Source: Dehalococcoidia bacterium (GTDB taxonomy: Bacteria; Chloroflexota; Dehalococcoidia; SM23-28-2; RBG-16-64-32). From it: DNA of 64,000 nt. A program made the translations under genes and the position numbers. Positions within the stretch are counted from its first letter, which is position 1. Each line of letters starts with the position of its first letter. The stretch spans positions 288,001-352,000 of the forward strand of contig CAXXTF010000002.1 of assembly GCA_963665775.2 (NCBI GenBank), in the 5' to 3' direction. The notes beneath the pieces are model-generated. The model saw only the letters and a list, made by a program, of their open reading frames with translations, searched no databases and was not told the DNA's origin. Positions 62,770-64,000 of this stretch are shown here, one piece after another.

Positions 62770-63716
62770 GGTTCTGTCAGAACTCAGGGCGCCAATGCCG
62801 CGGAGATGAATCTCGGTTCGAAATCCGAACCGATTACGCCGCTGCCATCTCCGCCGTCAACGCTTTCTATCTCTCTAGGAAGACTCGACGTCTCTCTGGC
62901 AACGACACCTGCTTGCCAATGGGCGGGCGGATGCGCAAGTACTGACGCAACTCTTCGAACGCCGAGCAGAAGCGCTTCGCCGACTCCATTCGCTTGAACC
63001 CCAGCATGGGGTAGTAGCGCTGTTTTATGGCCCGATGGTCCTGCTCGATACGATTGTTCAGGTACCGGCTCTGCCGGTGCAAGACCTTCCGTCCCAGTAT
63101 CCAGCGGATCGCCTTTCCGTAGGCCGGATGCTGATCGGTGGTGAGGCGCAACGGCTTGTGGGTCGTGACGTCGGCCAGCCGCCGTAGAAAGAGACGGGCA
63201 GCCGCTCTATCCCTTCGCTCACTCAGCATCGAGTCCAGGAGATTGCCGTCCGGGTCAATGGCGCGGTACAGGTAACGCCAACGACCGCTGACCTTCACGT
63301 AGGTCTCATCTAGATACCAGGAGAGACCTCTTGTCTGGCCGCGCCGCCGGGTACGCAGTTGTTCGCCCAGAAGAGGAGCAAACCGGAACTCCCAGGCCCG
63401 TACCGTCTCGTGCGTGACCTCGTAGCCTCGCTGAAGGAGCAGTTCGGCGACATCGCGGAACCCGAGCTTGTAGCGCAGCCGCCAGAGGACCGCCAACAGG
63501 ACGATGTCGGTGGGGAACTGGAGCTCGTTGTATGGCGTGCCGGTGCGCTCGTTAAAGCGACGGTGGCAAGACCTACACGAGAACCTATGGTAGCCCAGGG
63601 TGGAGCGGTGCTTCCGTTTGCTGGTTGCTGTGGATCGGCAATGCGGGCAGTTCATGGGTAGCTCCTCTCCTACATTGAGACAAGCTTACCCCCGCGCCCT
63701 GAGTTCTGACAGAACC
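62770..63716 (-). mobile_element. IS6-family element with both IRs (transposase 62867-63655)
   Basis: IRs GGTTCTGTCAGAACTCAGGGCGC at both ends; DDE motifs; no TSD. Confidence 0.93.
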
Positions 63717-63804
63717 AAAAAAGTACTCCGCTTCTAAGGGCGCCCTAAAAGGACTCCGCACGGTGATATACTGAGTGGAGAGTCCGGCCGAACTGGAGGG
63801 TGTC

Positions 63805-63972
63805 ATGTTCAAGCCGATCGTGCGGCTGTTCCGAACGGTGATCGGGCACAGGCCTGACCTTAAGGAAAACCCAGAAGAGTATCACAGGGTCTTGGAGCAC
63901 CGGAGGAAGGCGGAGAGCTCGATGGACAGGGTCATGGCGGAGATTCGCGTCCGTCGCGGCCGCTTCTTCTAG
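63805..63972 (+). CDS. Small hypothetical protein
   Basis: GGAGG RBS, 55 aa. Confidence 0.5.
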   Translation: MFKPIVRLFRTVIGHRPDLKENPEEYHRVLEHRRKAESSMDRVMAEIRVRRGRFF

Positions 63973-64000
63973 CGCGCTCTTATTCACCCCCAGTTGGCAT

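Overview
GC-rich bacterial DNA. Gene content and frequent leaderless starts suggest Chloroflexota/Dehalococcoidia (inference only). Bases 1-8.7 kb look like core chromosome: hydantoinase/oxoprolinase A and B with a lipoprotein between them, 2-oxoacid:ferredoxin oxidoreductase alpha/beta, and an intact tRNA-Trp. From tRNA-Trp to the window end is an accreted genomic island. It starts with an integrase/excisionase/DUF3987 module and continues as a mosaic of intact accessory genes, gene fragments and IS3, IS6, IS1380, IS1595 and IS481-like elements. It also holds two orphan tRNA 3' fragments (Cys, Lys) that look like att scars, and a second intact tyrosine recombinase. The most notable signal is six gene-boundary palindromic sites, ACACTAW-G(N5)-WTMGTGT, at or near gene 3' ends and oriented with the genes. 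Three of them punctuate a co-oriented gene array divergent from the XerD-like recombinase, which suggests a non-IntI, integron-like cassette system (hypothesis). Two Sec-type in-frame UGA genes with SECIS-like hairpins are also present. All calls come from reading the sequence and recognising motifs; no database searches were run.
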